61,870 bases of DNA from Ichthyobacteriaceae bacterium (GTDB lineage Bacteria; Bacteroidota; Bacteroidia; Flavobacteriales; JADGDT01). Location of the stretch: positions 16,548 to 78,417 of the forward strand of contig JADGDT010000003.1 of NCBI GenBank assembly GCA_016744755.1. Reading direction: 5' to 3'. The translations under genes were made by a program, and so were the position numbers. Positions 10,141 to 19,929 of the stretch are shown piece by piece. Under the pieces are notes generated by a model. That model saw nothing but the letters and a program-made list of their open reading frames with translations. It did no database searches and was not told where the DNA came from. How positions within the stretch are numbered: position 1 is the first letter of the stretch; each line of letters opens with the position of its first letter.

Positions 10141-12738
10141 CTAATTAAACTTAACTTCCAGTTTACTGTGCTCTGTTTTAGCTACTTTAGCTGTAAAAAC
10201 TCTTGTTTCGTTTGGCAAAAGAGTTACATAATTATCGTTCCAAAAAACAGGTAGTATGCTTTCGTTCTTATCTTTATTATTTACTTGCATCTCAATGAAA
10301 AATGCAATTTTGTTCGATTTGTTTTTCAACTCTACTGTTACTACAGTTTGATCTACTTCATCGGTAAAAGAAACTTTATTTTCAACATTAGCTTTTGGCA
10401 TTGTTCTCAAGCCTTTTAAACTTCCAAATGTTTTGTTTGGTGTGTTTACAAAGTAAGTCTTGTCCCAGTCGAAAGTCTCTTCGCCTGTTGTTAACCAATA
10501 GATTTGATTTACAATTTCGTTGCTATTTGCATCTTTTAAACTTACGTGAACAAAATATGTAGTAGTAATATTTTTAAGATTAGGTATGTCTAATATTTTA
10601 GCTGATGAATTTTCTGCTATATCAGTTTTTATAGTTTTAGTTAAAAGTTCTTTAGAATTGATGTCAAAAACTTTAACCTCGGCAGTCATGTTTTTCTGAG
10701 CTTCGAATAATTCGTTAGTTACATAAACACCTTTATCTCCATAATTATAAATCATGTTTACTGTTTGTGCAGATTTCATTGTTCCGTAGAAAGCACCTGT
10801 TGGCATTAAATAATAATCGTAAAGTTGCCAAAACATTTCTGGCCAGGCAGAATTTAACATCCATTGAATAACTCCTGTCGCTTCAAACTTATTTACAGCA
10901 AATGCTTCGAACATTGGTCTAATAGCTTCGTAGTTTGACATCTGCGAAACTCTTGCAAAATCTTCTACAGAATTAGATTTACCATATCTAGCATCAAATG
11001 CTCTCATATATCTATCTAAACTATGAAACTCATTTCTACCTAAGTGGTATTTCCAATCTTCGCCCATGGGCCAAATACTTTTTTCTGAAAGCATTTTTCT
11101 CAAACTCTCTATTGGTGGAATCTGAGGGCCAGGACCAGTTTCTGTATTAAAACCAAATGCTCCTCCAAATTGCTCGTCTATATACCAATAGTTTGGTGTA
11201 ACATAACCATAAGGACCTTCCATCTTTACTCTAGATGGACCTGTAAGTTCACTGTTTTGATCCTTACAACTCGATAAAATTGGACGAGTACCATCAAGTT
11301 CAGTAATTGTTTTATTAAGCATTCCTTCTAACTTTGTAAGAGGTAATTTATCGCTACCAAATACCCACATAAATACTGATGGGTGGTTTCGTAACCAAGT
11401 AACCTGATCGGCATAACCTTGAGTTTGCACCTCCATATCATGATCGGTAGTAATAGACATAAAAGTATCTAACTCTGGACGACCACAGTAATCAGACCAT
11501 TCCCACTGACAACTCCAGCCTATCATTACCAATAAACCAAGTTCATCACACTTATTAAAAAGAGTTTTATTTTTACCCCAAAAACCTTCTAACCTTACGG
11601 TGTTAAGATTCATGTGTTTTACATAGTTAAGCTGGTCTATTACTTTCTGATCATCATCGTTAAGTAAAATATCATCTACCCAACCTGCACCTTTTATAAG
11701 TACCTTCTTACCATTAACTTTCCAACCTTTATGTCCTTGCTTGTTTACATATTCTTCTATATCTCTAATTCCGAAACGAATTTCTTTTTTATCCGAAATA
11801 ATTTCAGAATCTGTTACTTTTAAACTTAGGTTATATAAATTAGGTTCACCAAGACCATTGGGCCACCAAAGCCTTGGATTACCTAACTTCAAATGAGGAT
11901 TACTTTCTGAATTAAACTCTATTACTTTACTAGATTTAGGCTCTAGTTTAACTTCCTTTTCAAAAATTATATTTTCTATTTTCCCACTAACAACTACAGT
12001 TTTTTCTTTATCAGAATAGTTAACTAATTCCGTAGAAACAGTAATATCAGCTTCTTTAAGAGTTGTTAAATTTAATTTTGAAATAACTTGTGGATTTAAC
12101 AAAGCAACTTTTCCTGTCTCTACTATTTTTACAGGACGCCAAATACCCATATTTCTATCGGATGGCTCAGGATTCCAATCGACAAACCCTATTGTTAAAT
12201 CGTCTTTTGCAGGAGGAAAGACCTCAACAGCCAAAACATTTTTACCTAGCACTAAACTTTCAGTAACATTGAAGGTAAACATGCGGTAAGGACTTTCTAC
12301 ATCTGTTGCACTTGCAATCTGTTTGCCGTTTAACCAAATATTAGCTTTGTAGTTAATCCCTTCAAAAACTAAATTATAATTTGATAGTTCTGATTTAGAA
12401 ATATCAAAATCTTTTCTGTACCACCAGCTTCCTTTAAATTGCTCTCTATCTATTTTATCGAAATTACTATCTACAAAAATATTGGTATAAACTCCTTGCT
12501 CTACTAAATTTGCTAAAACTGTACCTGGTACTTTTGCTTTAGTCCATTTATTAGTATCAAATTCTGCGGATGAAATATCCTTACCCGAAACCTCTAATTT
12601 TTTTGATGGTGTAATTGTCCATTCGTTCTCTAATGAAGTAGTTACATACTTAGCAACATCTTCTTTTTTGCTACATGAACCTAAAATCAGACTTAATACT
12701 GATAAAGCGATTATTAAAAAAGTAAAATTCTTACTCAT
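10141..12738 (-). CDS. GH2 lipoprotein, exo-beta-D-glucosaminidase (CsxA-like)
   Basis: Lipobox LGSC; GFVDWNPEPSDRNMGIWRPV, PRLWWPNG, NTVRLEG, KMEGPYGYVTPNYW, FNTETGPG, WNDNYVTLLP. Confidence 0.85.
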   Translation of the reverse strand: MSKNFTFLIIALSVLSLILGSCSKKEDVAKYVTTSLENEWTITPSKKLEVSGKDISSAEFDTNKWTKAKVPGTVLANLVEQGVYTNIFVDSNFDKIDREQFKGSWWYRKDFDISKSELSNYNLVFEGINYKANIWLNGKQIASATDVESPYRMFTFNVTESLVLGKNVLAVEVFPPAKDDLTIGFVDWNPEPSDRNMGIWRPVKIVETGKVALLNPQVISKLNLTTLKEADITVSTELVNYSDKEKTVVVSGKIENIIFEKEVKLEPKSSKVIEFNSESNPHLKLGNPRLWWPNGLGEPNLYNLSLKVTDSEIISDKKEIRFGIRDIEEYVNKQGHKGWKVNGKKVLIKGAGWVDDILLNDDDQKVIDQLNYVKHMNLNTVRLEGFWGKNKTLFNKCDELGLLVMIGWSCQWEWSDYCGRPELDTFMSITTDHDMEVQTQGYADQVTWLRNHPSVFMWVFGSDKLPLTKLEGMLNKTITELDGTRPILSSCKDQNSELTGPSRVKMEGPYGYVTPNYWYIDEQFGGAFGFNTETGPGPQIPPIESLRKMLSEKSIWPMGEDWKYHLGRNEFHSLDRYMRAFDARYGKSNSVEDFARVSQMSNYEAIRPMFEAFAVNKFEATGVIQWMLNSAWPEMFWQLYDYYLMPTGAFYGTMKSAQTVNMIYNYGDKGVYVTNELFEAQKNMTAEVKVFDINSKELLTKTIKTDIAENSSAKILDIPNLKNITTTYFVHVSLKDANSNEIVNQIYWLTTGEETFDWDKTYFVNTPNKTFGSLKGLRTMPKANVENKVSFTDEVDQTVVTVELKNKSNKIAFFIEMQVNNKDKNESILPVFWNDNYVTLLPNETRVFTAKVAKTEHSKLEVKFN

Positions 12739-12921
12739 AATTTTTCTACTTGAAGTTTTCTATTTGTTATGTTGTAAATGTAAAAAGGGAAATTACTTCT
12801 CGTAAAAAATGATATATCTATTTAATAGATTGAATTTTTAATTTAGTATTTAAAATTTTAGAAGATAAAATATTCGGAGCAATAGAGTTTACTAGATGGT
12901 GTAGAAAATACAATATTCGTC

Positions 12922-12944
12922 TTTATGCAATAAAATTGCATAAA
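12922..12944. promoter_or_regulatory. Candidate operator for the PUL
   Basis: Palindrome TTTATGCAAT-AAA-ATTGCATAAA; 15 nt of it recur inverted at 14081-14095 upstream of the LacI gene. Confidence 0.55.
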
Positions 12945-13016
12945 ACATAATATACGTAGGTGTAAACGTAGTATTTTGATTACATGGTTGAGTTCTGAAA
13001 AATATAAAACAAGAAC

Positions 13017-14045
13017 TTAATTAACATTAAGAGATGATTTACGAATAATAAACTTAGCTGTTAGTACCGATGAAGAAGTAGAAAAATGATCTTCTCTTAT
13101 CATGCTAATAATTATGTCGCTAGTTTGTTGAGCTAACTGTTTTACAGGAAGTTGAACATGAGAAATAGATGGGCTAGTGTATTTTAGTGCCTTCTCAAAA
13201 CCATAAGAAACGAGAGCAATATCCTTTGGAATTTCAATTGAATTATTTTTAAGGAATTGCAAAGCTTCAACAGTAGCATCACTACTTGCAATAAATATAG
13301 CATTTGGAGGTATATCTAGTGTTAACAGTCTGTGTAAACTTTCTGTAACATCCTCTTTAGTAAGATCGGAATATATTAAATAGTCATGATTAAAAGCTAT
13401 ACCATCATCTTCTAATGCGGTTTTGTAGCCTCTAACAATTTCGCTAAACTTACTGCTATTAGGATGACCTGCTAGGTGAGCTATACGCTTATAACCATTT
13501 CTTAATAAATGACTAATTGCTCGTTTAGATATAGCAATACCATCAGTAGTAACAGAAATTTTATTTATAATGGGATCTATTTGGTCAAACATTACCCATG
13601 GAATATTGTACTCATCTAGTGCTTTAAAACTCTTAGCATCTTCGCTAGAATTTGAAAGAGATATAATAGCTCCTGCTAATTTGAATTGAGTTAACTGCTC
13701 TGCAATTTTCTTTTCTTCGGAGTATTGATTATTTGTAGAGAAAATTACCAAATTGTAATCAAATAAATCTAAGTAATACTGAAGATGTTTTGCATAATCA
13801 ATATAGAACGACGATTCTAAACTTGGTATAACTAAAGCGATTAAATTTCTAGTAGATTTAGCTTCTTTATACTTTAAACCCATACCATAACCCATTTTCT
13901 TGGCCATAGTAAAAACTTTTTTCTTTGTCTTTCTACTAATATTTGGATGATCGTTAAGAGAACGTGAAACTGTTGATGCCGAAACATTTAATGCTTCTGC
14001 AATATCGAAAACAGTTACCTTTCCTTGTTTTTTCTCTTTTGACAT
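13017..14045 (-). CDS. LacI family transcriptional regulator
   Basis: VTVFDIAEALNVSASTVSRSLN HTH, sugar-binding domain, IIRKSS end; ATG at 14045 preferred to TTG at 14054. Confidence 0.93.
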   Translation of the reverse strand: MSKEKKQGKVTVFDIAEALNVSASTVSRSLNDHPNISRKTKKKVFTMAKKMGYGMGLKYKEAKSTRNLIALVIPSLESSFYIDYAKHLQYYLDLFDYNLVIFSTNNQYSEEKKIAEQLTQFKLAGAIISLSNSSEDAKSFKALDEYNIPWVMFDQIDPIINKISVTTDGIAISKRAISHLLRNGYKRIAHLAGHPNSSKFSEIVRGYKTALEDDGIAFNHDYLIYSDLTKEDVTESLHRLLTLDIPPNAIFIASSDATVEALQFLKNNSIEIPKDIALVSYGFEKALKYTSPSISHVQLPVKQLAQQTSDIIISMIREDHFSTSSSVLTAKFIIRKSSLNVN

Positions 14046-14068
14046 TTTGTACAATATTATTTACAGTT

Positions 14069-14095
14069 CAAAACTAGTAAATTTTATTGCATAAA
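14069..14095 (-). promoter_or_regulatory. Bacteroidota -7 element (TAGTTTTG) with adjacent operator-like partial site
   Basis: caaaacta at 14069-14076 reads TAnnTTTG on the minus strand; attttattgcataaa at 14081-14095. Confidence 0.45.
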
Positions 14096-14150
14096 CAAAA
14101 ATATAGTAATTCGTATAAACAGTTAAACAAATCAACACCTCAACAAAGTA

Positions 14151-15107
14151 TTAAAACCAATACTGATAAGAAATTCTGCCCCAAGAATGCCACATGGAAT
14201 TATCAAATTCGGGACTTAAAGTATTGGCTTCAAATATTAATCTGTGCTTGTTGTACTGCAAATAATATCTAGCATTAAAAGTATGAACCAATCTATTAAT
14301 TTCCGAAGCTTCTTTTACGTAAGGGCTAGTTCTATTAAAAACACCTCCCTGTAAGTATGCATTATAGATAACCAATTTTGCGTTATACCCTAGTTCTACC
14401 CAAGTTTTAAAACCTGAATTAAGTTTAGGAGCATAAGATGAAAAATAACTCTCCATACACCCGAATCTAACTGTAGTAGATACAGAAATATCGGTATTTA
14501 CAGTTCCTAAAGTTACAATGGTTGTTGCTAGCCATTCAAAAACATTGGACTCAAACAACCTTTTGTCAAACTGAAAACTGTAATTAAGTAAGATATCGTC
14601 ACTTATTTGAGAATCCCAACCTACTGGTGGATCTGATGGAGTTATTTCATGAATTAATTTTTGTATTTCTTTCCCAAAAGCAGACTCTCCAATTACACCA
14701 AAGCTCAATGTAGATTTAATTCTATATCCTTTTAAGTTGTTCTCAAATAATTGAAACTGACTTATACTGAGCGAAGCAGCATAGGGTCTATCTCCTATTC
14801 TTACAGTATCGCTAGGAGTATCGGTGGGAGTGTACATTTGATGGTAGATATAAATTCCATTATACTCTATATCTTTTTCATTAAATTTAGAAATAAACAG
14901 TTTTGTTATTGGAGATTTTGAAATTCCAGGATGGATAAAAAAAATATTCTCTCCAGAAGTATAGTAATAATCAGTTTGAAAAAACATATCGTTATCAAAC
15001 TTAAACCCTATTGATTTATTATAATGTGTGCTATCTACACTAGTATCTTGTGCTTTCACAAAAATAGAAAGCATAATAAACATGTATGTAAGAGTGTTTT
15101 TCATCAT
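14151..15107 (-). CDS. LpxR-family lipid A 3-O-deacylase / outer-membrane beta-barrel
   Basis: Signal peptide; DND..TDYYYTSG, HQMYTP, DRPYAA, GWDSQI; terminal Phe. Confidence 0.85.
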   Translation of the reverse strand: MMKNTLTYMFIMLSIFVKAQDTSVDSTHYNKSIGFKFDNDMFFQTDYYYTSGENIFFIHPGISKSPITKLFISKFNEKDIEYNGIYIYHQMYTPTDTPSDTVRIGDRPYAASLSISQFQLFENNLKGYRIKSTLSFGVIGESAFGKEIQKLIHEITPSDPPVGWDSQISDDILLNYSFQFDKRLFESNVFEWLATTIVTLGTVNTDISVSTTVRFGCMESYFSSYAPKLNSGFKTWVELGYNAKLVIYNAYLQGGVFNRTSPYVKEASEINRLVHTFNARYYLQYNKHRLIFEANTLSPEFDNSMWHSWGRISYQYWF

Positions 15108-15115
15108 AAATACAA

Positions 15116-15144
15116 AAAGACGTTTACCTCAGATAAACGTCTTT
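15116..15144 (-). terminator. Hairpin after nuclease gene
   Basis: aaagacgttta/taaacgtcttt inverted repeat with T-run on the minus strand. Confidence 0.55.
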
Positions 15145-15165
15145 AATATAAAAAATTGTGTTCTA

Positions 15166-15939
15166 TTATTTGAAAATTTCGTTAAGTACTTTTGCTAAAC
15201 GAATACCAGCATAGTTTATTCTTTCTTTCATCAATGGATAATATTTATAATTGTATCCATAAGATAAGTTTTCATTGGGTTTTACTGAATTATAAACTAC
15301 GTAACTCAACTCTTTAGATTCGTTGTACCAACTAATAACATTACCCTTAGCAACCTCATCTATATTTATATATGGAGGTCTTTTCATTGTTTCGGCAATT
15401 TCGGTATAGCTCATTTTTTTGCTATCAAGCATATCAGAATCCCAAACTCTATGCAAGTTTGTACTTTTTTTAAACCACTTAACTTTAATAGTGTTGCCTC
15501 CCATATCTTCGGCTCTACCTGTGTGCAAAGGCTGATGCAAATCGCCAATAAAATGGACTAGCATTTTAAGTCTGAAAGCCTTTTCTTCTTTACTGCTTTT
15601 AGCATCTTTTAGTATTTCTACACATTTGTTGATTGCACTAATTAAGTCACCATCAGGATTTTTTTGAGAATGCTCGTAACTCTCGCCATCTTTGGCATTA
15701 ACATAGTGCCACATTTGAGTGTAATCGTATGTTTTGTCTGATTTAATTTCGTCAGCATAAGTTGAGACAATTACTATTCCATCGCCATCAAGCAATTCTA
15801 TTATCTGCTCTTTTGCAGTATCAGTAAGGTAGTATTCTGCAATTTTCGCAATAGTTCTATGACCAATAGGTCCATATGCAAAAGTGGTGTTAGCAATAAT
15901 TACTAATGCTAACATCAATATTTTTCTTTTCAATTCCAT
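15166..15939 (-). CDS. S1/P1 nuclease
   Basis: GPIGHRTIA, YADEIK, WHYVN, HFIGDLHQPLH, NLHRVWDS. Confidence 0.95.
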   Translation of the reverse strand: MELKRKILMLALVIIANTTFAYGPIGHRTIAKIAEYYLTDTAKEQIIELLDGDGIVIVSTYADEIKSDKTYDYTQMWHYVNAKDGESYEHSQKNPDGDLISAINKCVEILKDAKSSKEEKAFRLKMLVHFIGDLHQPLHTGRAEDMGGNTIKVKWFKKSTNLHRVWDSDMLDSKKMSYTEIAETMKRPPYINIDEVAKGNVISWYNESKELSYVVYNSVKPNENLSYGYNYKYYPLMKERINYAGIRLAKVLNEIFK

Positions 15940-16148
15940 TAAATAAGCTTATTTATTATTGGCGAATATAAATATTACAATTCTACCTCACAAGCAATAT
16001 CATTACTAGAAGACAGTCAGAGCACACACTATCAATAACTCAACAATTACAGTAGTTGTTGAGTAATATGATATTACATCTTTTATGGTTTATATTTTGT
16101 TTTAAATAACAAAAATAATTAGACTCATTAATATAAATTTCAATGTCA

Positions 16149-16466
16149 CTAACTAACAGTAAGTGAGAGAAAATAATCGGAAATAATAGCAAAATAGTAT
16201 ACAGCTAATGTTACTAAACCTACACTTATAAGATTCAGGAGTATTCCTGTTCTCATCATGTCGGCAATATTTAATCTATTAGTATCAAAAACTACTGCGT
16301 TAGGAGGGGTGGCCACAGGCAACATAAAAGCCAATGATGCCGATAATGTTGCAGGTAACATCAGCAACAAAGGATTAATTTCAATTTTAATTGCTATACC
16401 TGCAAGTATTGGTAACAGCATTTCGGTAATAGCAGTGTTTGATGTCAACTCAGTAAGAAAGGACAT
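16149..16466 (-). pseudogene. 3' fragment of SLC13/DASS sodium:anion symporter
   Basis: LTELTSNTA and AFMLPVATPPNAVVF motifs, but only about 105 aa; upstream part replaced by a repeat element. Confidence 0.8.
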
Positions 16467-16607
16467 GAAAAGCTTAGAATACCAAAAAGCAAGAATATGT
16501 TTCTTTTCTTAACATAAAAATTTAGTTATTAATATAAGAATAATTTGGTTCTACTGTTATTTTAATGGTTCTATCCTCATTTGTGTGGATTTTATAATTT
16601 AGAATAT

Positions 16608-16819
16608 TCGTCATGTTGAGCGTAATTTCCTTTGTTGCCTGCCCTGAGCGAAGCCGAATGGGGAACAAAAGGAATGTAGTCGAAACATCTATAGCTACAG
16701 TGATAACATAATGTGAGCTATTTTGGAATAGACTACATTCGGCTATGCTCAGTACAGGCTTTTCGACTTCGCTTTAGCTCTAGTTCGGCTCCGCTCACCA
16801 ACCACGCTCAAGGTGACGA
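16608..16819. repeat. Nested REP/MITE-like palindromic element
   Basis: Outer imperfect IR tcgtcatgttgagcgt/acgctcaaggtgacga; inner gaatgtagtc/gactacattc and ctgagcgaagccgaatg/cattcggctatgctcag. Confidence 0.7.
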
Positions 16820-16974
16820 TTGTTCCACTAGATTAGTGGTAGAGAACCAATAATTTAAACTAAATTTCTATACTTGAAACAAGGTAATAATATGAGTTAT
16901 TCTAGATTACTGTCATAATAGCACAAATGCAATTATACCAAAAACTTAAAGTAACCTTAAATAATATATACTTG

Positions 16975-18663
16975 TTAACTCATCTTCTTTAGTATCTGGT
17001 CAGCTACGCGGAAAGAGTTTGCATAGATAGTCCAAGTATAAGGAACACTACCTCCTGTAGGCATGAAGCTCGCATCAGTCACATAAAGATTTTCCACTTC
17101 ATGTGCTTTACAATTTTTATCTAAAACAGATGTGGTTGGGTCAACTCCAAACCTACATCCCCCTGCTACTAAATTTGGGGGTGCACCTCCACTAATACTA
17201 GATTTTATATTCTTTGCTCCAAGATTCTCAAGAATTACCTCAGCTCTTTTTGCTAGGTATTCTCCTACTTTTATATCATGCTGATGATTTGATATTCTAA
17301 TTCTAGCAACATTATCTCCCCATTTATCTTTTACATCAGGATCTAGAGTCACAAAACAATTATCGGTAGGTAGCCAATCGTTAAAAACTTCGAATGAAAT
17401 CTTACGCATTTGAGTGAAGTAGTATTTCATCTTCTTTTTCAAATCGCTACCATAAAGTAGAGTTCCATCATTGTTCCATTTTTGTCTAATAGCTTTTCCT
17501 GTAGGGTTAGAATGTTCAAAAAGAAAATCTACAGTACCTCCTTTAGCCATACCCAAATCATCATCATCAATAGTATACCAATTCTGAATTGATCTATTTA
17601 CAAATATTCCTGGTCGTAAAAGTTCTTCGAAATCTTTATCTTCTAAATCCTTTTTGTGTAAATCTCCAGAACCAACACCTCCACCAGAGAAAACAATATT
17701 TTTACCAACAAGTCCATTGTTATTTGCTAATCCGTTTGGGAACTTATCACTTTTAGATGCAAGTAATAATCTTGAACTTTCTATTGCTTGTCCTGCTACA
17801 ACAAAAATATCTGCAGTAGCATTTTTCACCTCACCTTCCTTGTTATAAAAATATGCTTCTGTAACTTTTCCATTCTCATCACTCTTCAAATAAAACACTT
17901 TAGAAAATGCTGAAATTGTTAAGTTCCCCGTTTTAAGAGCTTCGTCTAGCAAGGCAACTCTTGAACTACCTTTTGCTCCTGTAGAACAACCGTAGCTACC
18001 ACAATAGTGAGAATAAGAACATGAACTTCTTTCATTTTTAGGTTGAGAAATAATTGCTCTAGCACATCGTACAGCTGAGTAACCTTCTTTCTCACAGGCT
18101 TTGTCTATCCAAGTAGAAACTATATTCTCGTTTAGTGGCGGAAAAGGAAAATCTAATGATGAACGAGGTTCTAAAGTAGAATGCTTTCGAGATTCGCCAG
18201 ACACACCTACTACTTTTTCTACCTTGTCGTAATAAGATTCTAAATCTTTGTAATCAATTGGCCAATCAACAATGTTTGCACCTTCTATTTCTCCAAACTG
18301 AGTTTTAAGATTAAAATCAACAGGTTTCATTCTGTGGAAATATCCACTCATGAAATTTGAAGAACCACCAACTACACTACCATTCCAAAAATCACGTCCA
18401 GAGTCGGCATTTGATTTTGCTTCCCACTCTCCTTCAGCGTTAAGCTCCTCTATAACTTGAGGTTCATCTTTTAAGTTTGGAGTATAAACACTTCGCCTCG
18501 ATGAAACAATTTCATCTTTAAAATAATCATCGTTTTTAAACCACGGACCTTTTTCTAGAACAAGAACTTTTTTACCTGCCTTACTCAACTCGTAGGCTAT
18601 TGGTCCAGCTCCTGCTCCACTACCTATAATTATTGCATCGTATTTATTCTTATTCACTTTCAT
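16975..18663 (-). CDS. GMC family flavin oxidoreductase (gluconate 2-dehydrogenase-like large subunit)
   Basis: YDAIIIGSGAGA, VLEKG, VGGSS, CxxxxxCxxxGC cluster, NLYVTDASFMPTGG; start reassigned to ATG 18663. Confidence 0.92.
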   Translation of the reverse strand: MKVNKNKYDAIIIGSGAGAGPIAYELSKAGKKVLVLEKGPWFKNDDYFKDEIVSSRRSVYTPNLKDEPQVIEELNAEGEWEAKSNADSGRDFWNGSVVGGSSNFMSGYFHRMKPVDFNLKTQFGEIEGANIVDWPIDYKDLESYYDKVEKVVGVSGESRKHSTLEPRSSLDFPFPPLNENIVSTWIDKACEKEGYSAVRCARAIISQPKNERSSCSYSHYCGSYGCSTGAKGSSRVALLDEALKTGNLTISAFSKVFYLKSDENGKVTEAYFYNKEGEVKNATADIFVVAGQAIESSRLLLASKSDKFPNGLANNNGLVGKNIVFSGGGVGSGDLHKKDLEDKDFEELLRPGIFVNRSIQNWYTIDDDDLGMAKGGTVDFLFEHSNPTGKAIRQKWNNDGTLLYGSDLKKKMKYYFTQMRKISFEVFNDWLPTDNCFVTLDPDVKDKWGDNVARIRISNHQHDIKVGEYLAKRAEVILENLGAKNIKSSISGGAPPNLVAGGCRFGVDPTTSVLDKNCKAHEVENLYVTDASFMPTGGSVPYTWTIYANSFRVADQILKKMS

Positions 18664-18670
18664 TTTTTTT

Positions 18671-19175
18671 ACCGCTAAGACTCGCAAAGTTTTGCGCAGA
18701 GTTGCACAGAGTTGCACAGAGTAAATTTATATCCCATTAGCTACTCTTTTTATACCATATTTTAGACTTTTTACATTAAAATTCAACAATAATCCTAACT
18801 TGCTTTTTGATAATTTCAAATAGGTAAGTACCTGAGCTAAATGCACATCATTCAAACTTTCAACTGACTTAATCTCAACAACAACCTTATTTTCAACAAA
18901 CAAATCAATTCTATAGCCTATATCCAGTTTCACTTCGTCATATATCAATGGCTGTGCTTTTTCTTTTTCAACAAATAATCCGCTTTTTCTCAATTCATAA
19001 AATAAACATTCCTGATAAGAGCTTTCTAACAAACCAGGACCAAGCTGTGTATGAACTTTAAAAGCTGAATTAAGAATTAACTGAGAAATTTCATTTTCAT
19101 GCATAATTTATTGGCTTTAATTTATAAATTATTTCTCTGCGTTACTTTGCGCTAAACTTTGTGATACTTAGCGGT
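18671..19175. mobile_element. GxxExxY nuclease cassette bounded by 41-bp imperfect inverted repeats
   Basis: 18671-18711 versus reverse complement of 19135-19175: 33/41 identical by manual alignment. Confidence 0.6.
18727..19104 (-). CDS. GxxExxY protein (PD-(D/E)XK nuclease fold)
   Basis: LGPGLLESSYQECL, RIDLFVE, VVEIK, AQVLTYLK, GLLLNF. Confidence 0.95.
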   Translation of the reverse strand: MHENEISQLILNSAFKVHTQLGPGLLESSYQECLFYELRKSGLFVEKEKAQPLIYDEVKLDIGYRIDLFVENKVVVEIKSVESLNDVHLAQVLTYLKLSKSKLGLLLNFNVKSLKYGIKRVANGI

Positions 19176-19201
19176 TAAGTAATATAACCTATTATTTTAT
19201 A

Positions 19202-19789
19202 TCATTTGGATATAGTTTCAAAAACCTCATCGTAAATCATATCGGCTGAGGGACGTGGATAACCAGGATAATGGTTTAGCCATTTCCAACCTTTACCTCC
19301 AATGTTTGAACCGTAAAGTTCATCGGAAAATTGTGCTTCAAAAATATATGTGAGATTTTTTGATAACCAACTTTCTCCCCAATTTTGTTTTACTACTTTG
19401 TTTATAAGTTTTTCTATTTCTGAATCTGATAAATTAGAAAAGGACTTACTAAGTTCTTCATCAGAAGCTTCTTTTATCCATTTTATTCCATTCAATAAGT
19501 AATCCTTATTGCTCTTATCTAAATTCTCATCGCTTAAAGCCCAATCTAAATATTCTACTGTTCTAAAATCTATAGCTCCTGGCCCGAATTGATCTCTTGG
19601 AAATAATATATTGTGAACTTTTGATAAAATGTAAAACTGTGAAGAATCAAAATTAGCAGTTCTTTTGCCTTCAGCTGTTTCACTTGTACAAGAATCCATA
19701 AACCAAGGCAAAGAAGAAGCCCCAGCCAAAAAGGACATTTTTTTAACGAAATCCCTTCTCGATTGGAGCCACTCTATTTGATTTATCAT
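19202..19789 (-). CDS. Gluconate 2-dehydrogenase subunit 3 family protein
   Basis: Tat motif SRRDFVK; PGA, YGSN..GWKWL..YPG; upstream of the GMC gene. Confidence 0.85.
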   Translation of the reverse strand: MINQIEWLQSRRDFVKKMSFLAGASSLPWFMDSCTSETAEGKRTANFDSSQFYILSKVHNILFPRDQFGPGAIDFRTVEYLDWALSDENLDKSNKDYLLNGIKWIKEASDEELSKSFSNLSDSEIEKLINKVVKQNWGESWLSKNLTYIFEAQFSDELYGSNIGGKGWKWLNHYPGYPRPSADMIYDEVFETISK

Positions 19790-19929
19790 CTGTATAAATA
19801 TTTTAGCTATGAGTGCCTAAAGTTAAAAGTACTTTGAGTTAATTTCTACTCTCGTAGGAGCTACACACGCTACGAGGTCTAACGTAACTCGCAACCCATA
19901 ACTTGCAACACACAACCCGTAACACTAAT

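Noticed and set aside
18664..18717. N-terminal extension MQLCATLRKTLRVLAVKK of the GMC ORF
   Set aside because: Translates the inverted repeat; ATG at 18663 fits the family start
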